Shown: piece by piece, positions 10,764-22,960 of the stretch
Position numbering within the stretch: position 1 is the first letter of the stretch
Layout of the letters: each line of letters starts with the position of its first letter
Source of the DNA: Albugo candida
Lineage: Eukaryota
DNA: 64,000 nucleotides
Direction: 5' to 3'
Assembly: GCA_040437565.1 (NCBI GenBank)
Contig: JBDOQK010000016.1
Span: 186,001 to 250,000 of the forward strand
The notes under the pieces: generated by a model
What the model was told of the DNA's origin: nothing
The model's input: only the letters and a program-made list of their open reading frames with translations
Databases searched by the model: none
Program-made: the position numbers and the translations under genes

Positions 10764-12600
10764 TTAGCAAGGGATGTTTGTGAATTTGGCGCCACCAGCT
10801 CGAAATAGCAAAGTAAACGCATCCATTAAAGTGCTGACATAATGGATTTTGAGTGAGCCATCATACTTGGAAAGTTTTCTTCGTGTCTCCGGGCAAGTCA
10901 CATGAGGTATAATCGACCATTTAAGTCCAATCTTATGTGCGGCCATGAGTCGAGACTCGAGCATTTTCACAGGGCGCAGAGCGCCTGAAAGCGCGATCTC
11001 TCCCAATAACAAACCGCGTGAATGAAGGGGATGATTCGTGAGTGCGCTAATCAACGCTGCTGCCAGCGCTAAATCGGCAGCAGGTTCTTGGATCGTATAG
11101 CCTTCAGCAACATTGATAAATACGCTCCTATTACCAAATTTAACATTGGCTCGTCTTTCCAAAACTGCGAGTAAAAGCTGAAGCTTCTCGTACGAAACTC
11201 CAACGCCTCGAATCTGAGTGAGTGAGTTGTGATGACTTCGATTCACTAAGGCCTGAATTTCAATCGGAATGGGCCGAGAGCCCTCCATAGTTATAGTGAT
11301 GGCAGAACCGTCACATTCGGGTGATTGCGTTGTTGGTACTCCAGATGCATCGCAAGTCTCGACATGAGTTGGCGATATGTACGCGAGTAGCGGATTTGTT
11401 AACGTCATCAATCCTTTGTCCGTCATGTCAAAAACTCCAATTTCGCTAGTCGTACCAAATCGATTTTTCAGACATCTTAAAAATCTTCTGGAGGATTGAG
11501 GGTCACCTTCAAGCTGCATGACTGTGTCGACAATATGCTCTAGGACTTTAGGACCAGCTATATCTCCGCTTTTCGTAACGTGACCGATCAAAATAACTGG
11601 AATGTTTTGCTCTTTTGCGAGCCGCAGAAAGCGCAATGTACACTCCTTCACTTGATTGACGCTTCCTGCTGCCGAGGGTATGTCTGGAGCGAAGATCGTT
11701 TGAATTGAATCCATGATAACCCCTGCAAATGAACACTCAGAATTCTCACCAGAATGAACCAGCTCAAAAATAGTATCAATGTTGATTTCGCTTGCAACAT
11801 ACAGATTGGAATTGATTTTTCCAAGTCTCTGTGCGCGAAGTCTGACTTGAGCTAAGCTTTCTTCGCCAGATATGTACAAAATCTGTTGAACCGGATCGTT
11901 AGTGATTGGATTGAGAGAATCTGCGAGCATATTTGCTACTTGCAATGCAAGCTACAGCAGCACAGGACTCAGTTTCTTAAAGTTGACAACAACCTCTAAA
12001 GAACACGTACTGTGCTTTTTCCGATACCGGGGCTTCCTGATAATAATGTCAAGGATCCTTGGACCACACCACCTCCAAATACCCAATTCTAGAGACATAA
12101 AATAAGCAAAATACGGTTGCTGAATGACTTATCCCCACCAGCTCTTTGTTTTCTAATGCGATCCGTTCATCCAAAAGCGTGCTATCTTCCACATGTACCA
12201 TTTTTATTGGTTGAGTCAACTTCGTTTGCGTGGAAGCTTTCAAATGACCCGACCAGGAAATCGAGTCCTTTGCGGCCGCTTGAATGATACCTTTTGCTGT
12301 CTTGTTGTACGTGTGTGCATTCGGCTGACGGTAGCCAAAAGCAATCCCATTACTACTGTCGGATGACAACAGTTTTCGCTCGGAAATCTGTCCCCAAGAC
12401 TCGCATGCGGGGCATTGACCTTGCCATTTAGCAAACGGCTGGCTACAATTGCGGCAATAAAAATTCGCATCATGCTGACCTGAGAATGCACGTCTGGAGA
12501 ACAACTTGTTGTTACCATCCATTCGGTAGCATGATGATTTCCGACGAGTGTGATAAATTGTTTGTGCTTTCGAGAGCCAAGAAATCCATGATCGGATCAT
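10764..12600 (-). CDS. radA: Bacterial-type DNA repair / branch-migration protein RadA/Sms, probably mitochondrion-targeted, 3 exons
   Basis: C4 Zn finger CRNC...WQGQCPACESWG; spliced Walker A GSPGIGKST; YISGEES; DSIQT; GHVTKSGDIAGPKVLEHIVD; signature KNRFG; Lon-like C-terminal domain (EPAADLA, GEIALSG). The N-terminal extension is Arg/Ser-rich and poor in acidic residues. Confidence 0.95.
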
Positions 12601-13890
<1,290 letters not shown>

Positions 13891-14005
13891 GTATTTAGGC
13901 AAGCTATAATATAAATGGAAAAACGGCCGGAGCTTCAAAACTATTTATGATTTTTCGGTTATTCATGAGTCGATTCGGCAGCATCGTTTCATCGTGGCAT
14001 TCTGC

Positions 14006-16891
14006 ATGGATCGTACCCGACGACAGGACAACGACCAAAGTCGAGGTAGCAGCCGTTATCTTGAGGCTGATCGTGGAAGCGATCATCGTGAAGATCCTCG
14101 TGTTTACCATGAAAATACCACTAGGGAGAAGCGAAGAAATTATCGGCATGATCGAGAATACTCGGATGAAAGTAGCGATAGTGATCGAGAGACTCGGCGG
14201 TACCGCAGTCGAGCACGGGATTCCCGTAGAGATCAGTTCGGGAAGGATTTTTACGATACCTCGAGGAAATGGTCGGGAGATAGTGAGCGCGAATATTCAG
14301 ATGACGAATATTCGAGTGGCTCAGCTCGTTCAAGTACAACTTCTTCATCGTTTCGACGTCCCGCTACCTATGACCCCCATCTTGCTCGTCGCGAAATCAA
14401 GTCTAGGACAAAATCTGGCAATAGCCGTCGCAAAAGCCAACTCAAGCACGAACTAGGACTGTCTGATGAAGATGCGCCTAGCAGTGATGTCGAAGGATCA
14501 AGTGACGATTCTAGAAATCTTCGTAAGCCAAGCAGAGTCAGCCCAACCACATCAGACCATGATAGCATTAATAAAGTGCAGACTGCGTACGAGATTGCAG
14601 TTCAAGAATTGGAGAGAGCTCGTTTGGATGAACAGAGAGCCCAAGAATCACTGGTGAAATTGACACTTTTAAGCAAATCTCAGACAGCTATATTGAAGTC
14701 AGCAATGACAAAACGGCTTCAGGAGAAAGATTTGCTGCTTGAAGACGTGCTTACGGTAGTCAATGATCACGAGGCGAAGCTGAAAAATGCCGGAGTGGAT
14801 TTCATCCCATACTCGCCATCTTTCACAAGCGCACATAACGAAACCACAGTAGACGCCGACGGGTTTGGTGATGCCGTAATATCGCAAGACGGAATCGAAC
14901 GATCCTCAATGATAAAACCGCTGGAGGCTCTTCAAACGATTGACTCTACTATCAGTGTCGATAGCATCAAATATCAGCAACTGGAAGCGGAAGTCGATAA
15001 GCTCAGGGAACTCAACAAGCAATTGCAAGAGAGCACACAGGCTGATGCATCGAAGCTCAGCAGTACGCTTTCGACATCCAACTCCGAATCCGAACTAATG
15101 TTCAAAGTGAGTTATTTCTCAGAGGCAATTCACCGCATAACCGTCTATCAATTGTAGCTGGAGAAGGCTGAAACTTTGTTGCGTGAGGCATTAGCAAAGG
15201 TATCACCCGTTCATTCGGTCAAAGCAAACAACCTTTTAACATTTGCGTGGCTTGTACAGAACACCAAATTGCAACAGGAGCTTGAGCTTCTTCACTCAAG
15301 CCGTATGACCCGTCCAGCGACAGACGTTGCTCATGGTTCCATTGAGCCATCGAGTCATTCGGAGGTACACAATCTTCATTTAATCACCACACCTCACATT
15401 TCCTCGCAGTCAAAATCGGCCAAATTCGAACAAGAGCTCAAGAGTATGAGAGAAGAACTCAGCAGTGCCAAAAAGGAGATGCAGTCGCGTGAAGCTTCCT
15501 GGACGGAACGCACTGCAAAACTCAAAGCCCTGGCTGAAAAAGAATTGAATAAAATAAAACACCAAGCGAAGAAAGCAATTCTAGATCTCAAGCAGAAGCT
15601 AGACACGCGTACCAAAGCTAATCAGCAATCTCTGCATGCCTTGTCTCGGATCGTGCCATTCATCCGGAACCAAAAAGCCGAAATTTGTCTTCTGCATGCT
15701 CAGATGCAAGAGCTACATCTTCAGGGCCCTCGTCTGGCAAAACATTTGGGTGAGAGTATCCTACAGCGAGTACAAAAACAAGCTGATGCAATGAGTGGCG
15801 TGGTGGAGAGCTATCAGAGAGAATTGAAAGAACGCAAAAGACTATTCAACCTTGTACAGGAACTCAAGGGTAATATTCGGGTCTTGTGTCGTGTTCGTCC
15901 CATGTCAAAGACCGAGATAGCCAACGGCTGCAAACTTGCGTGCAAATTTGTGCCTGGAAATTCGCAGGAAATCTCTCTGAGCGGGGAAAGAGGCAAGATG
16001 AAAGTCTGGGAGTTCGATCATGTTTTTAACGCTTCATCGACGCAAGAGGAGATATTTGCAGAGATTAAACCTCTGGTAACCAGTATCTTGGACGGGTACA
16101 ACGTCTGTATCTTCGCGTACGGTCAAACTGGATCAGGGAAGACTCATACTATGTCGGGTTCCATAGAATCTCCAGGAGTTAATACTCGATCACTTCAGGA
16201 GCTGTTTGAGAAGAAGCGCGAACGGTTGAAAGAGTTCCAAGATGACATCACCGTCAGTGTCATGGAGATCTATAATGAGCAAATTCGGGACCTTCTGATA
16301 CAAGATGGCAGCAGTACAAATTTGCAAGTCCGGCAAGGGCCCAATGGTAACTTTGTGCCTGGACTGACTCAAGTTCCTGTCCAAACACTCGATGAAGTGC
16401 TTGATTTGATTCAGATCGGGAATAAATATCGAAGTACCCACGCCACAGATATGAACGAGCATAGTAGTCGAAGTCATTCGATTCTGTCGGTGCAATTGAC
16501 GAGCCAAAATCTGGTCACAAGCGCCGTCAGCCATGGGAAGGTATTCCTTGTGGACTTGGCCGGGTCGGAACGTTTATCAAAGACAGGAGCGGAAGGTTTG
16601 CGCTTGAAAGAAGCCCAAAATATCAACAGATCTTTGTCAGCACTTGGAGACGTGATTGCAGCTCGAGCGAATAAGCAGAAACATGTCCCATATCGTAATT
16701 CCTCACTCACGTATCTGTTGCAGGATGCTCTTGGTGGCGACTCCAAAACACTGATGGTTGCATGTGCCAGTCCAGTTGACTACAACAGCGAAGAATCTTT
16801 CTGCACTTTGAATTTTGCTTCCAGGACACGGACTGTTGAAATGGGGAAAGCAACGAGAAATCTTACACAAATGCCGAGTAAGGATACTTGA
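14006..16891 (+). CDS. Kinesin-14 (C-terminal motor, KIFC/KAR3-like) with R/S/D-rich N-terminus and coiled-coil stalk
   Basis: Neck motif RKRLFNLVQELKGNIRVLCRVRP, P-loop GQTGSGKT, switch motifs NEHSSRSH and DLAGSER, and HVPYRNS. Introns inferred at 15107-15157 and 15200-15259. Start codon uncertain. Confidence 0.93.
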
Positions 16892-16962
16892 AAATTCAGA
16901 AGAACACAAAACGAATCAAAATTTGAATGTGATCAATAAATATGTCCAAGATCTCGTTGACA

Positions 16963-19900
16963 CTATCTTCGACGTCGTACTCGTCGTGAATCAATTTCGT
17001 CTTCGCTGTCAGCTTGTGCAATAGCCCCGAGACTGCTTGTAGGAGAAGCCGTTCGCTCGCTATTGTGAAGGTCTTTTGCGTTCGACAAGTGCATGCTTTG
17101 TTGTGTAAGCCTCTTGTCGACCATTCGGATTGGCGATGTCGCATTCGAGTCAACATCCTTTACTTCGCTTTCAGTGATCTGAGTGGGCTGCATGAGGCCT
17201 ACAGATTCCGTGTCGCTTTCTCCTGCCGCAGCGTTCTCCGAGTCCTCTGCTTGCGGAGACCTGATCATGTCATCGTCATGTGAGGATTGAGAGTCAATAC
17301 GTCGTCGTTTGGAATCAAGAGTGTCGTTTACAGTGACGCTGATTTCAGCGTCAAGACTCGTTCGCTTGTTTGAACTTAAGTTATCTTTGTCTACGCTGGC
17401 TCTCCCATTCGATTGTTCCTCTCCAACGCCCTCGTTCAACGCATTTGTCTTTGAACGCGACTTCCGTTTTAATAGAGGAGAACGTAGATGCCGACTCGAT
17501 GCTTTTCCAATCTTATTTGCGCTCTCATTCAGCAACGACCGAAAGTTCAATAGGATCCGCCAGTGTGAATCGAAAGCGGATTCATCTTCCGGGATGTCTT
17601 GTGCGCGCTCCAAGAGCTGCGTGAAGTAATTCCCCAGTTGTGTACGAGTTTGTCGATCCAAATGCACCAAGTATGGACGAAGACATTCGAGAAAGCCAAA
17701 ATTGCGATGATCCTCCAGTGCATATCGTATGCCTTCACATAAAAAGCGGAAAAATGAAGCAGTAAGTGACGGAGCGATCTTTCCAACACCCAACGATTGG
17801 CTGAGTTTTTTGCTTAAATCTTTGAGCTCTTGATCCAGTGCGATGATATTCGCTTGTAAATCTTCTACGTCTTCTTCCTGTCCACTTTCCTGCTGTTTCA
17901 ACTCGTCTTGCATTATCAATAGCGTTGTGAATAGCTGACGTAGAGCGGTCATTTGTATTTCCAAAAATCGTATTGGTGTGTTGTTTCTGAAATACTTGCA
18001 AAATGCCTTCACTGCCTCGAGACTCTTGTCATCGCTACCGGTCAAATATCGTAGAATCGCAGCAGCTTGTCGCTTGCTTCCAGGATTACAAATCGAAGCC
18101 TTTCCAAGTGAAATCAATACATCCGCTTTAGACGAGCCGAGTCCTCCTTCATCGCTCGCCACAATGACTTCATCTTCTTTGTCTGGTTCGTCAGCCTCCA
18201 TAAGGTTCTCAAAGCACATTTGAGAAAGCAGAACCAGAAGTTTCGGAAGCACCCATTCAAGTGTGGCGTACGGTTCCGGAAGATCCTGAAATTTCTCCAC
18301 GAGCAAGCAACGTACATCACAATACACCTGGAATGCTATCGCTTGTGAATCACGAACATACACTCCAATATCACCGTCCATTGTTATCTCGGTCGGATCG
18401 AGACAATCGACCGCATCATTCCCATTTGGACTAATAGTCGACGCGAGAGAGTTTTTCTCCAAATGCATTTGTAGGACCGATATCAACGCTTCTTCCAAAA
18501 TGGTTCGTGCGTGTTGGATACGCTTAATCAAATATTGAGAGTGAGAGTCACTGCTGGCAGAGATTTGATGCTCGTCCATTGTGGAAAGCGTATCGAACAC
18601 TGGGCGCGATAGCCATAAAAGATTCAAATACAAGGTCATCAGCACGTGCTTTATGCACGATGCATCTCTCATCGGACCCTCCAAAGCAACAATTTGAACC
18701 GTACGTCGAGCAACAAGCTTGCATAGATCTCTTACAACTTGGTCCACGCGATCAACGAGCTCGGTAGAATCTGTATCGGTGGAGGAGTCGAGTTGTGATG
18801 TGTCTAAAGTCGCGTGAACGTGAGCATTTATATACTTGAACAAGCAACAGAAACGTGTCATGCTCACAACGAGCGAATGTTCCATATCGAGAATCTTCCT
18901 TCTTTGTTTTTTTGTATTTTTTTTTGTTTCAGTTGTGCCGATTCCGGCCATGTACTTTTCGTCTACTTGCAAAGCAGAGGATAGTTTCTCAATAATTTCG
19001 TCAAAAAGTTCGTGTACAACCAGGTCAGTCTCTTTCTTGATTGCTTCATTTTCGCACTGAGCAAAGTGACGAAATGCCATTGCAATCCCGTTGAGCAGCT
19101 GCTCATCACGGTGCGACGAATATATATATCGCAGTTTTTGAAGAAGGCCAGATATGGTTCCGGCATCTATTGCGATACTGACTGGGATGCATAAGAAAAG
19201 CTGAACCAACTGCATTAAATTCTCTGAGTCGGACTGATGCACGATGAGAAGCTTGGGTAGCTCCTTGACCAATGTGGCTGTGATGCCATTCTAGAGCATA
19301 TAGAAACCGGTGAACGAGAGAGCGATNNNNNNNNNNNNNNNNNNNNNNNNNNNNNNNNNNNNNNNNNNNNNNNNNNNNNNNNNNNNNNNNNNNNNNNNNN
19401 NNNNNNNNNNNNNNNNNNNNNNNNNNTCGCAGTTTTTGAAGAAGGCCAGATATGGTTCCGGCATCTATTGCGATACTGACTGGGATGCATAAGAAAAGCT
19501 GAACCAACTGCATTAAATTCTCTGAGTCGGACTGATGCACGATGAGAAGCTTGGGTAGCTCCTTGACCAATGTGGCTGTGATGCCATTCTAGAGCATATA
19601 GAAACCGGTGAACGAGAGAGCGATAACATAATCCGATAGGAGCTTCACCGTTTCAGTTTGCAGCCTCTTCCTTCCTGACGTTTGCATGTTGAGTAGCTTT
19701 TCGACACAGTTGACATATATTCGAATCAGAATGGATCGCTGTCCGCTGCTCAGCTCTGGAGCTTGTTTATCGGCCAGGATAAGACTTGTTAGCACCTTCC
19801 ATTCTTTAAGCACCTCTAAAGACAAAAGAGCAATGACATCTCCGAGTGTACAAAAACTTCGCTAAATCCTTACGGCAATCATCCAAGCCCCAGAATGCGT

Positions 19901-21611
19901 CCACAAGAGACGCCACAGCCTCAACGGGTACATTATGGTTTTCCACGTATTCTTCGACCAATTCCACTAATGCGACTGCCTGTGTGACCAGCTGTTCTTT
20001 CTTCAATTTCCCCTTCTTATTTGCACCAGGAACACCGAAAGCGTCATACTGTAAGCAGACGAATTCTGCTGCCGCTTTTCGAATGTGTGGGTTTGCATCA
20101 GTGAATATGAGAGTTTCCACAGTGTCCAATGTGACTTCAGCATTGATAAAACCTCTTTTATCGACTGCTATCAAAAGCCGAATAGCTCTGAGGACCACTT
20201 CATCATCCACGTCTTTACACAAATCCAAGTATCTTTGCAAAAATCGAGACGTGAATAGCTGAAGCTTGTTGGCAAATTCGTCGCATTCGTATAATTCGTT
20301 GAGTAATTTTACAGCATGGAGACGAACTTTTGCATCTTTGTCGTTCAGTAACCAGCCAACGTACTTTAAGTAATTATCCTTGAGGAATTCTTGAGGTAGG
20401 GATCGAGTCCAACTGCCAAGAGTCTTCAAACTTGCAATCCGGATATCACTCACCACGTCACGATAACGATGAATTACAATACCATTGAAAATCAGGAATA
20501 AGAGGTCGACAGTTTGTTTATACTGCTTCGTGTACGCTTCTTTGTTCTTCATCAAAGCTGTTGATTTCTTCACTGCGGACGTTGTTTTATTCCCACGTGC
20601 TGCTTTGAGTTGCCGTTGAACAATCGATAGCTGCTCAGATAAACCACTTGCAGCTTCTGCAAGTTGAATGCTTATTGTATAGGCAGCAATGCTTGCAGTG
20701 TGTCGAATAGCACGGATCTCGGCACTATGAGAGAGACTATCAATCTCGGGATCTACATTCAGCCAAAATGTACCTTGAAAGGGTTGTCAACCAGTCAACG
20801 AATCGCTGTATGAAATTGCTTGCGAAGAGATCGTCGTTTTTCTGTGCCTCGGCAACCAGCAGCTTCCAAAAAGCGGTGAAACGCTCTGTTGTCTTTTTCC
20901 ATTTCTTCTTCCTTGAAGATACCGGGTACTCTTCATTCGAACTTTCCAAGTCTTGTAAGACTTTCTTAACCTGCAAACAAAAATCGGTCAGAGCACCAGG
21001 CGAGCAACAATCACAGACAACATGTACCAAATTGCTCATTTCAATCTCATCCAGATCTTCATTCTTCAATACACAAAGACCTCTTCCAGAACAAATTTGA
21101 AAAAATGAATTTAGAATTTCTCGAACTGCTTCTTGTGGATGGCTTTCGTAGCATTTTCTCCATTCCAAAACGATATTTTGCATTGAGCACTTTGTATCTT
21201 GGAACGCCTCTAAGCATAGAAAAGTAAGAAGAATGCATTAAACTGCTGTCCCTTCCTTCCTTGAACTCCAATGCACTGACCAAACAAAGCTGTGTTGTTC
21301 TGTACATCGATCGCGTTTGTTGCCGGCTGTGGACTTTTACTCAAAACTTTCTTTTTGATCTTTTTCACAGCTTTCTCTTCTGTATCGGATGCCTCCTCTT
21401 CTGATATGCTGTATAGGAAGAAAGGAAACACATTAGACTGGTAGAATTCCATCCGATTGAAATCGACCAACCTCATGCTTGTGAGCGTATCTGACTGCAT
21501 GCCATCTTCTTCATCTCCTCTGAACGGCTTAATGCGACCCATATCTTTCTGAATATCACTTGCTTCGTACAATGGAGTCGGTTTTTTTCTTTCCCGCGTG
21601 CTTCGGCGCAT
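16963..21611 (-). CDS. SCC3: Cohesin subunit SCC3 / STAG (SA), multi-exon
   Basis: STAG domain (IRAIRHTASIAAY) and SCD motif HRYRDVVSDIR...FLKDNYLKYVGWLLNDKDAKVR; N-terminus MRRSTRERKK; HEAT-like helical body and basic/acidic C-terminal tail. Artefactual duplication at gap 19327-19426. Confidence 0.92.
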
Positions 21612-21881
21612 ATTTCCTTTTAAATAAAGCAGATTGCAGTCGTGCCAGTCAAAAGGTAACAATTGAACAAACGGGTGGGTTCAAAGCAGCCTGTTGAATA
21701 AGTGGGCTGACTGCTTACTGGGAAAAAATCCAAAAGGCAATACCAACGGCCTTGTTGCAGGATTGGATAAAATTCGATCAGCTAGTTGAGCAATTTCGTG
21801 GAACATTCAGTCATTCACTTTCGATATTTTTTTCAAGATATTAGAATTACGTTCACTTGAGAATTTGAGACGAAGGAAGAA

Positions 21882-22960
21882 ATGGCTGTCAACGATGGAA
21901 CTATACATGTACGACCTGTTCGTGCCCGTGGATTACCAACAGTGGATCTGATCAAGCGACAAAAACCCGTTGGTTTGTGAACCTCTATCTTGTAATACTC
22001 TGCCCGCTCACTATGTTTCAATGTAGTGTGTGTGTACTTGAAGGGCGCGAAAGTGAGTGAACGTGCTGTTAGTTTTCCGGCGACAAATGCGACAAATCCA
22101 GAATGGGAAGAAGAAGAGTATAACTCAATGGAATTGGACTACAATGCATCTTTGCATGAAAAGGATGTCGTTTTGGGTGTTGATGTCTACAATAACGAGT
22201 ACAAAGACATTGTCATCGGAACAGGACACATCAACATATCGAAAGTTATTCACAAAGATACCCGAGGTAATGTATCACGCGTTTGGCAACTTTTTCGGAT
22301 CATGACGGCACTTTTGACGTAGAACCTGCCGAGTTTACAGTTCACTTGCATGAAAAACCAAGTGGATCGGATGTTCGTGGGGATGTCACTCTGTCCGTTT
22401 GGTTTGGTCCGCCGATACGGAAGGCATTTCGGGCTGCCCGTCGTGCTTCCAGGTTGCTCGAAGCACGCGATCATCTGGTTGCTGCAGTCTACACATTGCT
22501 ATGTGGCATTGGTCGAGCGACAAAACGGTTCTTTTACTTGTGCGTGTTCTCAGCACTATAGCCAACATCGTCTTATGTCTGAATGTTCTTCTACTCTAGG
22601 GACAAAATGTGCGATATGATGAGAAGAAACCGGAGATTGAGCATCTTTCTTATGATTTTGATGGGTCTTTGCGTGGCTGGAATCGCCGCTGTTGTCGTGG
22701 CTATTGCGATTCCTACGGCAGCAATTGCATTGTTCACTTTTCCGTTATGGATTCTTCCTGTTCTGACGATAACATTCCTCAGTTCTCCAATCTGGATCCC
22801 TGCATTGCTAGTCTTTGGCTTGTTTATGGGGATGATTGGATCTGTGGCCTTTGGTGTTGGCATCACGTCTCATCCCGTACGTCGTATGGGAGCAATGATG
22901 GCGCAGAAATTGAAACACATGGGTATCATGCAGCGTATAATGTATTCCAAATCGGCTTAA
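21882..22960 (+). CDS. C2-domain protein with a C-terminal 78-residue uncharged hydrophobic hairpin (oleosin-like), 4 exons
   Basis: MAVNDGTIHVRPVRARGL...KP.V.V.L...TNPEWEEE...LGVDVYN...DIVIGTGHINI...GDVTLSV fits C2 beta-strands. Three GT-AG introns join the listed ORF fragments in frame. The hydrophobic segment contains SSPIWIPA. Confidence 0.75.

Noticed and set aside
13947-14456. 169-aa overlapping ORF rich in I/V
   Set aside because: Alternate-frame shadow of the repetitive R/D/S codons in the kinesin N-terminus.
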